From Verrucomicrobiota bacterium (lineage in GTDB: Bacteria > Verrucomicrobiota > Verrucomicrobiia > Limisphaerales > UBA11358): a stretch of 64,000 nucleotides of DNA. Positions 25,651 through 37,967 of this stretch are shown piece by piece. Each line of letters starts with the position of its first letter. Position 1 is the first letter of the stretch. The translations under genes were made by a program, and so were the position numbers. The stretch spans positions 17,546 to 81,545 of the forward strand of contig JBEKZC010000005.1 of NCBI GenBank assembly GCA_049510295.1. Reading direction: 5' to 3'. The notes beneath the pieces are model-generated. The model was not told the DNA's origin. It saw only the letters and a list, made by a program, of their open reading frames with translations, and did not search any database.

Positions 25651-27045
25651 ATGACCATTTTGAATGTCATTTACGTTATTGCCGCCGTGTTGGCTTTGTT
25701 TGGCGCGGCCATTTTCATCCATGAGTTCGGCCATTTCTGGGTCGCGCGGAAGCTGGGCATGAAGGTCGAGGAATTCGCCGTCGGTTTTGGCCCGAAAATT
25801 TACAGTTGGAAGCGCGATGGCATTGAATACTCAATCCGTTGGATTCCGGCTGGCGGTTTTGTGAAGTTGCCACAGATGATTACCTCCGAGGCGCTCGAAG
25901 GCCAGTCGGTGGAAGAAGTTCCGCCGGCGCCGCCCGGGCACAAAATTCTCGTCGCCTTCGCCGGACCGTTCATGAATGTTGTCTTTGCATTCGCCATCGC
26001 TACGGTCATTTATTTTGTCGGCCTGCCCATTCCGGTAAATCCAGCCATCATCGGCTATGTCGAACCGGGGTCGGTGGAAGCCAAACTCGGCATTCATGAA
26101 GGCGATCGCATCGTGTCGGTGAATGGCGAGAAGGTGAAATCCTGGCAGGACGTGGTGCTGGATACGGTGGTGGCGCGCACGAACCTTCTGCCGGTGGTCA
26201 TTGAACATGACGGCAAGGAAAGCACGTATCAACTCCAGGCAACGGCCGACAACGCCATCGGCCTGAAGCTGCTCAATCTCGATCCGCGTGACCATCCCGA
26301 AGTAATGGAGGTTGTTTCCGGCAGTGCGGCGGAAAGGGCTGGCTTGAAGCAAGGCGACCACATCATCTCATTAGCTGGTGTGCCCATTGCCAGCCGCGAA
26401 CAACTGATTGACATTATTCACAAACGCGGCGGACAACCCACCGAAATGCGGATTGATCGCGGCGCGCAAAAAGTGGCGCTTAACATCACGCCGACGGTTG
26501 ATCCGACGACCAAAGGCGGGAGAATCGGCGTCATGCTCGGCACGGATTCGACACAGGTTTACATTGTCCAGAAGCCGGGGCCGACGCCGTTGGAACAAGT
26601 GCGCGACGTGATGGATAAAACATTCGCGACCATCGGCGCGCTCATTCATTCACGGGAAACGGGCGTGGGCGCAAAAGATTTGTCCGGGCCGGTCGGCATC
26701 CTCGCCATTCTCGCCAATGCGGTGAATAGTGACTATCGCCTGGCTTTGAGTTTTCTGGTGTTGCTCAACATCAACCTCGCGATCATCAATTTGCTGCCGA
26801 TTCCTGTGCTCGACGGCGGACACATTCTGATGGCGATCATTGAAAAAATTCGCCGCCGGCCGTTGAGCATCAAATTCGTTGAATACACCACGACCGGCTT
26901 CGCGGTGTTGCTGATTTCGTTCATGCTTTACGTGACTTTTTTTGACATCAAGCGGTTTTCGCTGTTCCGCGCGATGTTCAAAAGCGACGTGCAAATTCAG
27001 CAATCGGCGCAGCCAGCGGAAACCGCGCCGGCCCAGCCCAAATAA
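25651..27045 (+). CDS. rseP: RIP metalloprotease RseP (site-2 protease, M50)
   Basis: HEFGHFWVARKLGM (HExxH), PDZ-like middle region, and a C-terminal LNLAIINLLPIPVLDGGH. The start was moved to the ATG at 25651. Confidence 0.9.
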   Translation: MTILNVIYVIAAVLALFGAAIFIHEFGHFWVARKLGMKVEEFAVGFGPKIYSWKRDGIEYSIRWIPAGGFVKLPQMITSEALEGQSVEEVPPAPPGHKILVAFAGPFMNVVFAFAIATVIYFVGLPIPVNPAIIGYVEPGSVEAKLGIHEGDRIVSVNGEKVKSWQDVVLDTVVARTNLLPVVIEHDGKESTYQLQATADNAIGLKLLNLDPRDHPEVMEVVSGSAAERAGLKQGDHIISLAGVPIASREQLIDIIHKRGGQPTEMRIDRGAQKVALNITPTVDPTTKGGRIGVMLGTDSTQVYIVQKPGPTPLEQVRDVMDKTFATIGALIHSRETGVGAKDLSGPVGILAILANAVNSDYRLALSFLVLLNINLAIINLLPIPVLDGGHILMAIIEKIRRRPLSIKFVEYTTTGFAVLLISFMLYVTFFDIKRFSLFRAMFKSDVQIQQSAQPAETAPAQPK

Positions 27046-27048
27046 TTC

Positions 27049-28935
27049 ATGCGTTACTGCGAATCCCCGTTTTTCCATCACCGGCGAAAGACCCGCGAAG
27101 TCGTCATCGGTGATCCGGCGCGTGGCGGGGTCATCATCGGGGGCGACCATCCCGTCGTGAAGCAGTCCATGCTCACCTGCGACACGATGGATACCGCCGA
27201 ATCCGTCAAACAGACGCTCGATCTCGTTGCCGTCGGCTGCCAGCTCGTCCGCATCACCGCGCCAACCGTGAAGGACGCGGCGAACCTGCAGAACATTGTT
27301 GCCGAGCTGCATAAACGCGGCTGTTTCGTGCCGATTGTGGCGGACATCCATTTCAAGCCGGAAGCGGCGATGGAAGCGGTTAAGTGGGTTGAGGTCGTGC
27401 GCGTCAATCCCGGCAATTACGCCGACTCAAAGAAATTTGCCATCAAGGAATACACGAACGAGCAATATGCCGCCGAGTTGAAGCGCATTGAGGAAAAATT
27501 CGCGCCGCTCGTGCTGGAATGCATCCGCCTGAAACGCTGCCTGCGCATCGGCACCAACCACGGCTCGTTGAGCGACCGCATCATGAATCGCTATGGCGAC
27601 ACGCCGCTCGGCATGGTGGAGAGCGCGCTGGAATTCGCCCGCATCTGCCGCCAGCACAACTTCCACAATTTCAAGTTCTCGTTGAAGTCGTCGAATCCGA
27701 AAGTGATGATCGAGTGCTACCGGCTGTTGGTGGCGCGGCTGGAACAGGAAGGGCCGGATTGGAATTATCCGATTCATCTCGGCGTCACCGAAGCAGGCGA
27801 GGGCGAGGATGGTCGCATCAAGAGCGCCATCGGCATCGGTTCGCTGTTGTGCGACGGCCTGGGCGACACGATTCGCGTCTCGCTCACGGAGGATTCGCCG
27901 CGTGAAATCGAAGTCTGCACCGATTTGCTGGCGCAGATTCCCCATCTCACACTTTCGGAAGGGCGAGTTCCACGAGCCCCCAATTCAAAATGCGAAAAAA
28001 GTTTGGGGCTCGCGGAACTCGCCCCTCCGAACTCTTTTCCGTTCGACCCGTTCCACTTCGAGCGTCGCAAAACACCGGAAATTGAGCTGGTTGACGGCGT
28101 GAAATGCGGCGGCGAACAGCTCATCCGCGTGGTCGTCACCCGCGCCACGTGGGACAAGGTGGCTCCGAAGATTCGGCCCAAGGATGACGTGAAACCGGAA
28201 GCGGTCTATGAAGACCTGAACATTGCCGAGATTGACCCCACCAAGGATTTTGAAATCAACTGTGAGACGCAACTTGTCACCGTGAAGGACGGCGTAAACC
28301 TGCCGGCCATCACAGCGTTTCGTTTGCTGGCTTTGAAACTGAAGCGGCTCGGACGCAACAATCCGATTTTGCTGAAGGACTGCCTGGAGTTTGGTAGCCG
28401 CCGCCGTGAGTCGGCGCAAAACTCACCCGCGAAGGAAGGTGCGCCGACTGACTTCGTCGGCGACGAAGTTCTTGAACCGAAAATCGCTCTGCTGCGGGCA
28501 TCGGTGGTCATTGGTTCGTTGCTGGCGGATGGCGTTGGCGACGCAATTTTGATTCGCGGCGAGGCCGGTGGCGGACAATCACTGCGGCTGGCTTACAACA
28601 TTTTGCAGGCGGCGGGTTGCCGTTCGTTCAAGACCGATTACGTGGCGTGTCCGTCATGTGGGCGGACGCTGTTCAATCTTCAGACCGTCACCGCGCGCAT
28701 CAAATCGCGCACGGAACATCTCAAGGGCGTGAAGATCGCGATCATGGGTTGCATCGTGAACGGCCCGGGCGAGATGGCCGACGCGGATTTCGGCTACGTG
28801 GGCGGCGCGCCGGGCAAGATCAATCTTTACGTTGGCAAGCAAGCCATCAAATTCAACATCCCCGAAACCGAGGCCGTGGACCGTCTGGTGGACCTCATCA
28901 AGGAACACAACAAGTGGATGGAGCCGGAAACGTAA
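27049..28935 (+). CDS. ispG: 4-hydroxy-3-methylbut-2-en-1-yl diphosphate synthase, long form
   Basis: VRVNPGNYAD, VACPSCGRT and MGCIVNGPGE. The 628-aa length indicates the insert-domain type. Confidence 0.93.
   Translation: MRYCESPFFHHRRKTREVVIGDPARGGVIIGGDHPVVKQSMLTCDTMDTAESVKQTLDLVAVGCQLVRITAPTVKDAANLQNIVAELHKRGCFVPIVADIHFKPEAAMEAVKWVEVVRVNPGNYADSKKFAIKEYTNEQYAAELKRIEEKFAPLVLECIRLKRCLRIGTNHGSLSDRIMNRYGDTPLGMVESALEFARICRQHNFHNFKFSLKSSNPKVMIECYRLLVARLEQEGPDWNYPIHLGVTEAGEGEDGRIKSAIGIGSLLCDGLGDTIRVSLTEDSPREIEVCTDLLAQIPHLTLSEGRVPRAPNSKCEKSLGLAELAPPNSFPFDPFHFERRKTPEIELVDGVKCGGEQLIRVVVTRATWDKVAPKIRPKDDVKPEAVYEDLNIAEIDPTKDFEINCETQLVTVKDGVNLPAITAFRLLALKLKRLGRNNPILLKDCLEFGSRRRESAQNSPAKEGAPTDFVGDEVLEPKIALLRASVVIGSLLADGVGDAILIRGEAGGGQSLRLAYNILQAAGCRSFKTDYVACPSCGRTLFNLQTVTARIKSRTEHLKGVKIAIMGCIVNGPGEMADADFGYVGGAPGKINLYVGKQAIKFNIPETEAVDRLVDLIKEHNKWMEPET
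28394..28465. repeat. degenerate family-1b REP doublet inside the ispG reading frame
   Basis: gtagccgccgccgtgagtcggcgcaaaa...ggtgcgccgactgacttcgtcggcgacg aligns with both ends of the 25413 element. GAGTCGGCGCA/TGCGCCGACT form a stem. It is translated as ..SRRRESAQNSPAKEGAPTDFVGD.. Confidence 0.55.
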
Positions 28936-28984
28936 GCGGGGGTAATCTTCAAATAAAATTCAGACGTTCGGAAGGGGAAATTTT

Positions 28985-31567
28985 TCAGGAATGGCCGTTT
29001 TCAGAATTCCCATGAAGAACTTCATGCAGCGTATTAAGCATGGTCTCGGCGGTGTAGGGCTTGGGAATAAAATGCTGGATGCCGACGTTCTTGGCCATGG
29101 CCATGCCACCGGCGGAGGCCAGGCCGGTTGAACTGACGATCCTGACTTCCGAATTGATGGCTTTGAGGGCAACAATGGTGGCCGGGCCATCCATGATGGG
29201 CATGGCCATGTCGGTGATGACCACGTCAATTTCCTTTTGCCGGGGCGCGTAAAGCGAGACGGCTTCAGCGCCATCCGCCGCGAGCAGGACGCGGTAGCCA
29301 AAACGGGTCAGCACTTTTTGCGCAAGGTTGCGAACCGGCTCCTCATCATCCACGACCAGCACCAGTTCATCATGGCCGCGCGGCAGTTTGGATTCTTCCA
29401 TTGCCGCGTCATCCTCGTCATCCAGCGTGGTGTTGGCTGGAAAATAGACTTTGAATGCCGTGCCCTTGCCCGGCGTGCTGTGATAGTTGATGAACCCGCC
29501 GTGACTCTTGACGATGGCCAAAGTGGTGGACAGGCCCAGCCCGGTGCCTTTGCCGAGGGCTTTGGTGGTAAAGAAAGGATCAAATATCTTGTCCTGTATC
29601 GTCTTCGGAATTCCCGTGCCGGTGTCCTCCACTTTGATGCACACGTACGGACCGGGCCGGGCCTCCAGATTCATGCCGGCATAGACTTCGTCGAAAGTCA
29701 CATTTCCCATGTGGATGGCCAGGGTGCCGCCCTTGGGCATGGCGTCGCGCGCGTTGACGCAGAGATTCAACAGGACCTGGTGGATTTGGGTCGGGTCGCC
29801 GATGATGGTCCAGAGGTCGTCGGGCGAATGGAATTCAAACTTCACTGATTTAGGAAAGGTTTCATGGACAATCTGTTTGATTTCGTGGACGATGTGAGCG
29901 GGATAAACCAAGATGCGCTCGCCGGTGACCCCGCGCCCGAAAGCCAGCACCTGTTTCACGAGGCTCGCACCGCGCTGGACGTTGGTTTCCAGAACGCCCA
30001 GCAGTTGTTGCCCGTCGTCATCGGTGATTTTTTCCTTTAACACCTGCACCGTGACGAGGAGCGGTGTCAGCACGTTGTTGAGGTCGTGGGCGATGCCGCC
30101 CGCCAGGGCGCCAATCCCTTCCATGCGTTGGGAACGCAGAAACTGGGATTCGAGATTTTTCTTTTCAGTGATGTCGGTATTGATAATGAGCCGGGATTTC
30201 GGACGGCCCTGCTCGTCGCGAATGAGATTGCATCGCCCCTGGACCGTGACGGTTTTGCCATCCTTGGTGCTTTCCTGCAATTCGCCGCTCCACTCGCCGC
30301 GTTCCTTGACAGCCTTGATGGCCTCCGCATGTCGCGGTGAAATGACCCCGCCCAGAAACAGGTCCACGGGTTTTTTCCCGACGGCTTCGGCTGCGCTCCA
30401 ACCATAAATCCGCTCCGCGCTGGTGTTCCAATAGACGATCCGATCATCCAAATCCAGGACCAGAATGGCGTCCCGCGCCTTGTCCAGCAAGGCGGCCTGT
30501 TCGCGAACATGTTCCTCGGCCTGCCTGCGCTGGGTGATGTCGTTGAAAAGCAGCAGCAGGTGAGGTTCATCGCCCCGGGTGAAGGGAGTAAAGTGGCACA
30601 CCAGCCAGACTTCCTTGCCAAACGTGCTGACGAAGTGGGACTCGCATTGCTGCGGCTTTCCCGTGGCCAGGGCTTCTTCTGCGGCTTTGAGCATGCCGCA
30701 AGCGCGCCAGGATTCGAGTTGCCTGAAATTCTGCTCCAAAATCCGGGACGTCGGGCCGTGGATCGTCCGCGCGGCGAACTCGTTGACCAGCACACACTGG
30801 CCGGATGCCTTGAAAACAAGGATTCCTGCCGAGGCGTCCGAGATGATTTTTTGATTAAAGTCGAGTGTCTCGGTCAATTGCTGTTCCGCCCGCTTGCGTT
30901 CGGTGATGTCCTCCTTGACCGCCAGGTAGTGGGTGATTTCGCCGTTTGGGCCGGTAATCGCGGAGATGGAGGCCGATTCCCAATACAGTTCCCCGCTCTT
31001 CTTCCGGTTGTGAAATTCCCCGCGCCACTCTCCGCCGGCGGCGATCGTCTCCCACAGCCGCTGGTAATTTTCGGGCGGCATTTCGCCCGACTTCAAAATG
31101 CGCGGATTTTTACCGACCGCCTCCTTGAAGGAATAGCCCGTCACTTCCGTGAACTTCGGGTTCACATATTCGATGTTGCCGGCCTTGTCGGTGATGACGA
31201 TGGAAACCGGGCTGTGTTCGACGGCGCGCGACAACTTGCGGACCTCTTCATCCGCCCGCTTGCACTGCCAAATCACGAAGGCCATCAGCCACAACACGCT
31301 GACGCCCATCAAACGGTTGAACATTACCAAATGGGGATCAATCCCCGGCGGAGAAAGAAAGAACCCCGCCAGCATCAGCAACGAGAAAACGGCGGCGAGC
31401 AAAATGGGTAAAAGCCGGCCGCCGACATAAACCGATAACAGCAGGGGAATGAAATACCAAACCCAGTCGGAAATTCCCAGGGGACTGGCCAGATCCAAAA
31501 CAAACCCTCCAATGGCAATAACGGGAATTGCCAGAAGAGCAACCGTTCTAAGTCGCGCAGAGTTCAT
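28985..31567 (-). CDS. hybrid sensor histidine kinase (TM - 3x PAS - HisKA - HATPase_c - receiver)
   Basis: N-terminal TM segments and PAS-like repeats. The H-box is AGGIAHDLNNVLT, and the G-boxes are DTGTGI and GKGTGLGLS. The C-terminal receiver is VLVVDDE...VVITDMAMPIMDG. Confidence 0.9.
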   Translation of the reverse strand: MNSARLRTVALLAIPVIAIGGFVLDLASPLGISDWVWYFIPLLLSVYVGGRLLPILLAAVFSLLMLAGFFLSPPGIDPHLVMFNRLMGVSVLWLMAFVIWQCKRADEEVRKLSRAVEHSPVSIVITDKAGNIEYVNPKFTEVTGYSFKEAVGKNPRILKSGEMPPENYQRLWETIAAGGEWRGEFHNRKKSGELYWESASISAITGPNGEITHYLAVKEDITERKRAEQQLTETLDFNQKIISDASAGILVFKASGQCVLVNEFAARTIHGPTSRILEQNFRQLESWRACGMLKAAEEALATGKPQQCESHFVSTFGKEVWLVCHFTPFTRGDEPHLLLLFNDITQRRQAEEHVREQAALLDKARDAILVLDLDDRIVYWNTSAERIYGWSAAEAVGKKPVDLFLGGVISPRHAEAIKAVKERGEWSGELQESTKDGKTVTVQGRCNLIRDEQGRPKSRLIINTDITEKKNLESQFLRSQRMEGIGALAGGIAHDLNNVLTPLLVTVQVLKEKITDDDGQQLLGVLETNVQRGASLVKQVLAFGRGVTGERILVYPAHIVHEIKQIVHETFPKSVKFEFHSPDDLWTIIGDPTQIHQVLLNLCVNARDAMPKGGTLAIHMGNVTFDEVYAGMNLEARPGPYVCIKVEDTGTGIPKTIQDKIFDPFFTTKALGKGTGLGLSTTLAIVKSHGGFINYHSTPGKGTAFKVYFPANTTLDDEDDAAMEESKLPRGHDELVLVVDDEEPVRNLAQKVLTRFGYRVLLAADGAEAVSLYAPRQKEIDVVITDMAMPIMDGPATIVALKAINSEVRIVSSTGLASAGGMAMAKNVGIQHFIPKPYTAETMLNTLHEVLHGNSENGHS

Positions 31568-31728
31568 AAGCCATGCTGTCCCTAGGATAACTTTGAATAT
31601 ATGTTATTATTAGTGCTTAAGCAAGGTGAATTTTCCTTGTATTCCTCCAAAAGTGGCCCATGACCCGCGGCCAATAACGCTTGCCAAATGCGCGCACTGC
31701 GTTAAAGTTTCCGGCCACTTTTCAATTT

Positions 31729-32070
31729 ATGGACCTATATCGCGCAAACGGAATTTTGGCCCAGGCAACTGCGCCGCAAACGGGCCAACCGCAGCAGCCC
31801 GTTTGGATGACGTTTGCCCCGATGATTCTGCTGGTCATCGTGTTTTACTTCATTTTGATTCGTCCGCAGCAGCAGCGCGCCAAGCAGCAGGTTAAATTGA
31901 TTGCCAGCCTCAAATCGGGCGACAAGGTCGTCACGTCCAGCGGCATAGTCGGCGTCGTCACCTCGGTGAAAGACCGGACCGTTTCACTTCGTTCGGCTGA
32001 CGCCAAAATGGAAGTCACCAAATCTTCGGTCACGGAAATCCTTGAAGGCGGCGATGCCGCAGAATCCTGA
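31729..32070 (+). CDS. yajC: preprotein translocase subunit YajC
   Basis: MILLVIVFYFILIRPQQQRAKQ...GDKVVTSSGIVGVV. The start was chosen at the ATG at 31729. Confidence 0.85.
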   Translation: MDLYRANGILAQATAPQTGQPQQPVWMTFAPMILLVIVFYFILIRPQQQRAKQQVKLIASLKSGDKVVTSSGIVGVVTSVKDRTVSLRSADAKMEVTKSSVTEILEGGDAAES

Positions 32071-32077
32071 GCCAACC

Positions 32078-34636
32078 ATGAGCCGAAACAATCCCTGGAT
32101 ATTTCTTTTTGTTGTTCTGATCGTCTGCTGGTCGTTTTACGAAATGTACCCGCCGACGTCGCGCAGCCTGGTGCAGGAGTTTGAAACCCGGGCGGTGAAC
32201 CGGGACACAAACTTTACGGGTATTGTACAGCGACTTCAGCCGTTGCAACAGGCGGGAACCAACAGCGAGTTTGGCAATTTGCAGGAGGCCATCGGCACGA
32301 ACAACATCTCGCCGTATTTCCCGTTCTTTAATGCCAAGAATGAGTTGAATCCGAACACTTTCATCCTGAATCAGCTTCAACGCGATGCGTTGGGTAAAAT
32401 CAAACTCGGACTGGATTTGCAGGGTGGCACGTCATTCCTCGTGAGAATGGACACCAACCGCCTGGTCTACGTTGAGACGGTTACGAATGGTTCAGGCGCA
32501 ATCGAGGTGATTACGAACGTGGCCAGGACGGAAGGCGCATTATCGCAGGCGGTTGAAGTGTTGCGCAAGCGCGTGGATGCTTTCGGCGTGGCCGAGCCAA
32601 TCATTCAGCCGGCGGGCGGCAACTGCATTTTGATTCAGTTGCCCGGGCTGTCTCACGAAGCGAAGGTAAGCGCCGAAAAGCAAATTCAAAAAGCCGCGTA
32701 TTTGGAATTCCGGATGGTGAAGGATGACAGCGACGAGATCATCAAAAACAACGAGCCGATCCCGCCCGGCTACGTATTGCTCAAGCGCGTTGAACCACAA
32801 CCCAATGGCCCGCCGGTCATCGAGCAGGTCATCGTGAAGAAAAAACCGGAAAACGGATTGGCCGGCGACATCATCGAAAACGCCATGGCCGTGCGCGGCA
32901 ACCTGGGAGAACCGCAAATTGATTTCCGGCTGAACAGTGAAGGCGCCAAACGGTTTGGTGAGGTGACCCGAAACAATATCGGGCAACGGCTGGCCATTAT
33001 TTTGGACGGCGAATTGTATTCCGCGCCAGTAATCCAAAGTGCGATTGAAACGGGTAGTGGACAAATTACAGGTCATTTCACCGTTGAGCAGGCCCAGGAA
33101 CTGGCCAATGTCCTGCAAAATCCGCTGCGGGCGCCGCTCACAATTGATTCTTCCTATGACGTTGACCCGACACTCGGCAGAGACTCGATTCGCAGCGGCA
33201 TCCATGCGTCCGTCCTGGCGATCATTTTTGTTTCCCTGTTCATGCTGGGTTATTATCTGCTGGCGGGCATCGTGGCAAATGTCGCGCTGGTCATTAACAT
33301 CATCATCCTGCTCGGCGTGATGTGCTCCATCGGCACAACGCTCACGTTGCCGGGCATCGCAGGCGTGGTGCTCACCGTCGGCATGGCGGTGGACGCGAAC
33401 GTGCTGATTTACGAGCGCATCCGCGAGGAGTTGGCCAAGGGCAAGTCGCTGCGCGGTGCCATAGCCGCCGGTTACGCCCGCGCCTTCGGCACGATTTTCG
33501 ATTCGCATGTCACGACGCTGATTTCCTCGATCATTTTGATTTTCATGGGCACGGGTGAAATCAAGGGTTTCGGCGTCACGCTGACCATTGGCGTGGCCGC
33601 CAGCCTGTTTACCGCGCTGGTGGTGACGCGGCTGATCTTCAATTTCCTGCTCGACCGCAACTGGATCAAATCGCTGCCGATGTTTCACCTCATTCGCGCC
33701 ACCAAACTCGACTTTATGAAACTTGCCAAGCCGGCGTTCATTTTGACCTGGACGATCATTCTAATCGGTTTGGGTTACGGGATTTTTGATCGCGGCTCGA
33801 AATTGTTCGGCGTGGATTTCGCCGGCGGCGACAGCACGACGTTCAGCTTTCATCAAAGAGTGGATGTGGAGCAAATCCGCGCCGCGCTGACGCAAATCGG
33901 CGAAAAGGATTCTCAAATCCAATATCAAAAAGACGTGGGCGGCGGCACGGAAACGCTCCGCGTGACAACTTCAACCGGCTCCGCCGACAAAGTCGAGCAG
34001 GCGCTCGCCGGTCAATTCCCGCAAGCGCAGTTCAAAACCATCGGCCAGCAACGCGTCGGCGCGGTGGTGGGTGACGAAATCAAACGCTCGGCCATCATAG
34101 CTTCGCTGTTGTCGTTGTTTGGCATTCTGATTTATGTGGCGTTCCGTTACGAATTTTACTTCGCCGTCGGCGCGGTCGTCGCGGTCATTCATGATGTATT
34201 GATGACGATTGGCTGTTATTGCATTGCCAACGGCGTTTCGGGCCGCGAATTTAATGCCACCGTCGTCGCGGCAATTCTGACCATCATTGGCTTCTCCACC
34301 AACGACACCATCGTGATTTTTGACCGTATCCGGGAAGATCTGAAGCTCGGCGTGCGCGGCTCGTTCAAGGAAATCATCAACCAGGCGCTCAATCAAACCT
34401 TGAGCCGGACACTGATCACCTCGGGCACGGTGTTTCTGGCCACAACGGCGCTTTACGTTTTTGGCGGTGGCGTCATCAACGACTTCGCATTCACCTTCCT
34501 CATCGGCATTCTCACCGGCACGTATTCGAGCATCTACATCGCCAGCGCGCTGGTGTTGTGGTTGCACAAAGGCGAACGTCCGGCCATCGGCGGTTCGCAG
34601 GTGACGATGCAAAACACGACGGCGCCGCGCGTCTGA
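32078..34636 (+). CDS. secDF: protein translocase subunit SecDF (fused)
   Basis: GLDLQGGTSFLV and DANVLIYERIREE in the SecD half. GVDFAGGDSTTF and NDTIVIFDRIRED in the SecF half. The start was placed at the ATG at 32078, after the yajC stop. Confidence 0.93.
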   Translation: MSRNNPWIFLFVVLIVCWSFYEMYPPTSRSLVQEFETRAVNRDTNFTGIVQRLQPLQQAGTNSEFGNLQEAIGTNNISPYFPFFNAKNELNPNTFILNQLQRDALGKIKLGLDLQGGTSFLVRMDTNRLVYVETVTNGSGAIEVITNVARTEGALSQAVEVLRKRVDAFGVAEPIIQPAGGNCILIQLPGLSHEAKVSAEKQIQKAAYLEFRMVKDDSDEIIKNNEPIPPGYVLLKRVEPQPNGPPVIEQVIVKKKPENGLAGDIIENAMAVRGNLGEPQIDFRLNSEGAKRFGEVTRNNIGQRLAIILDGELYSAPVIQSAIETGSGQITGHFTVEQAQELANVLQNPLRAPLTIDSSYDVDPTLGRDSIRSGIHASVLAIIFVSLFMLGYYLLAGIVANVALVINIIILLGVMCSIGTTLTLPGIAGVVLTVGMAVDANVLIYERIREELAKGKSLRGAIAAGYARAFGTIFDSHVTTLISSIILIFMGTGEIKGFGVTLTIGVAASLFTALVVTRLIFNFLLDRNWIKSLPMFHLIRATKLDFMKLAKPAFILTWTIILIGLGYGIFDRGSKLFGVDFAGGDSTTFSFHQRVDVEQIRAALTQIGEKDSQIQYQKDVGGGTETLRVTTSTGSADKVEQALAGQFPQAQFKTIGQQRVGAVVGDEIKRSAIIASLLSLFGILIYVAFRYEFYFAVGAVVAVIHDVLMTIGCYCIANGVSGREFNATVVAAILTIIGFSTNDTIVIFDRIREDLKLGVRGSFKEIINQALNQTLSRTLITSGTVFLATTALYVFGGGVINDFAFTFLIGILTGTYSSIYIASALVLWLHKGERPAIGGSQVTMQNTTAPRV

Positions 34637-34648
34637 CGATACACAATC

Positions 34649-35632
34649 ATGCCCGGCTTTGTTGAAATCACGCCATGGCACTGGGCGGGTTTCATCCTTT
34701 GCGTGCTGATTTTTCTCGCGCTCGATCTCGGCCTGTTTCATCGCCACGCGCGGGTCGTCAAATTCAAGGAGGCGGCCGCCTGGAGCGCGGTTTGGTTTGC
34801 GCTGGCCATGGCTTTTGCCGGGGCCATGGCACATTGGCGCGGACGAGAAGAGGCGGTTCAATTCACCACCGGCTATCTCATCGAACTTTCACTGTCGCTC
34901 GACAACATTCTTGTCATCGCGCTCATTTTTGCCTGGTTTCACATCCCGGTGAAATTTCAGCATCGTCTGCTGTTTTGGGGCATTCTCGGCGCGCTCGTCA
35001 TGCGCGGCACGATGATTGCCGCCGGCGTGGAACTGATCCATCAATTCGACTGGGTGCTTTATGTTTTCGGCGCGTTTCTCGTTTTCACCGGCATCAAAAT
35101 GCCTTTTTCCGGCCAGGAAACCGTGCAGCCGGAAAAAAACCTTGCGCTGCGGCTCGCACGAAAATTATTTGCCGTTGCGCCGGACCTTGACGGCCAAAGA
35201 TTTTTCACCCGGCTCGACGGCCGCCTTGCGCTCACCCCGCTGGCGGTGGTGCTGCTGCTCATCGAAACAACTGATTTGATTTTTGCCCTGGATTCCGTGC
35301 CGGCGGTTTTCTCCGTCACCCGCAACGCTTTCATTGTCTTCACGTCGAACATCTTCGCCATTCTTGGCCTGCGCTCGCTTTATTTCCTGCTGGCCGGTGC
35401 GCTCGGTTATTTTCGCTATTTGAAAATCGGCTTGTCGGTCGTGCTCGCCTTTGTCGGCGTAAAAATGCTCCTCGATCCGCACGGCCAGGAACCGAAAGGG
35501 TTTCAGGTCGAAATCCCGACGGGCGTTTCGTTGATGACCGTTGCTACGATTATTGTGATTGCCATCGTGCTGTCCGTCATGGTCGCGGAGCGGGAGAAAC
35601 GCACCGGGGTGGGCAATTCGTCAAAAACGTAA
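34649..35632 (+). CDS. TerC-family integral membrane protein
   Basis: YLIELSLSLDNILVIALIF and TDLIFALDSVPAVF repeated TerC motifs. Confidence 0.85.
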   Translation: MPGFVEITPWHWAGFILCVLIFLALDLGLFHRHARVVKFKEAAAWSAVWFALAMAFAGAMAHWRGREEAVQFTTGYLIELSLSLDNILVIALIFAWFHIPVKFQHRLLFWGILGALVMRGTMIAAGVELIHQFDWVLYVFGAFLVFTGIKMPFSGQETVQPEKNLALRLARKLFAVAPDLDGQRFFTRLDGRLALTPLAVVLLLIETTDLIFALDSVPAVFSVTRNAFIVFTSNIFAILGLRSLYFLLAGALGYFRYLKIGLSVVLAFVGVKMLLDPHGQEPKGFQVEIPTGVSLMTVATIIVIAIVLSVMVAEREKRTGVGNSSKT

Positions 35633-35637
35633 GCCCA

Positions 35638-37362
<1,725 letters not shown>

Positions 37363-37455
37363 GGCGCAACCGGGCACCGCCGCCAAACGACTCAGCCCGT
37401 TGGTTGGTGGTTGTGCCAGGGTGCGTCCGGCGGCGTGAAGTATTTTAGAAATTAC

Positions 37456-37483
37456 TTGCAATTATTTCGGGAATGGCTAAATT
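37456..37483 (+). promoter_or_regulatory. candidate sigma70 promoter with a ~130-nt leader for the RRM protein gene
   Basis: TTGCAA (37456-61), a 16-nt spacer, then TAAATT (37478-83). Confidence 0.35.
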
Positions 37484-37617
37484 TGCCCCGTCTGTTGGAC
37501 AACTTGTCCTTTCGAGGCATGGAAAATCTTCAAGTGAACGTGGTTCAGTGATGATTTGAGACCCGATGGTCGGGAACAGTCTGGAAAAACGGTTGGTCTT
37601 GAACAGCAAATCATTAA

Positions 37618-37944
37618 ATGAGCACGAAACTGTTTGTCGGAAATCTTTCCTTCAACACTACTGAAAATGACCTGCAGGAAGCGTTTGCCGCCCACGGCAC
37701 GGTCGTCGAAGCCAACCTCATGATGGACCGGATGAGCGGCCGCTCGCGCGGCTTTGCCTTCGTCACCATGTCCACACCCGAGGAAGCGCAAAAGGCGATT
37801 GCCGCCATGAACGGCGCGACGCTGGGCGAGCGTCAATTGACGGTTAATATCGCCCGTCCGAAAGAAGAGCGTCCCCGCAGTGACCGCGGCCCGCGCCGTG
37901 ACTTCGGTGGCGGTGGCGGTGGCGGACGCCGGGATCGTTATTAA
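37618..37944 (+). CDS. RRM-type RNA-binding protein with a Gly/Arg-rich tail
   Basis: RNP-2 is KLFVGNLSF and RNP-1 is RGFAFVTM. The C-terminus is RDFGGGGGGGRRDRY. Confidence 0.92.
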   Translation: MSTKLFVGNLSFNTTENDLQEAFAAHGTVVEANLMMDRMSGRSRGFAFVTMSTPEEAQKAIAAMNGATLGERQLTVNIARPKEERPRSDRGPRRDFGGGGGGGRRDRY

Positions 37945-37967
37945 TCATCGCCGCAAGCAGCTTTGGC

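Noticed and set aside
34637-34648. A yybP-ykoY (Mn2+) riboswitch upstream of the TerC-family gene.
   Set aside because: The gene starts 12 nt after the secDF stop, which leaves no room for a riboswitch.
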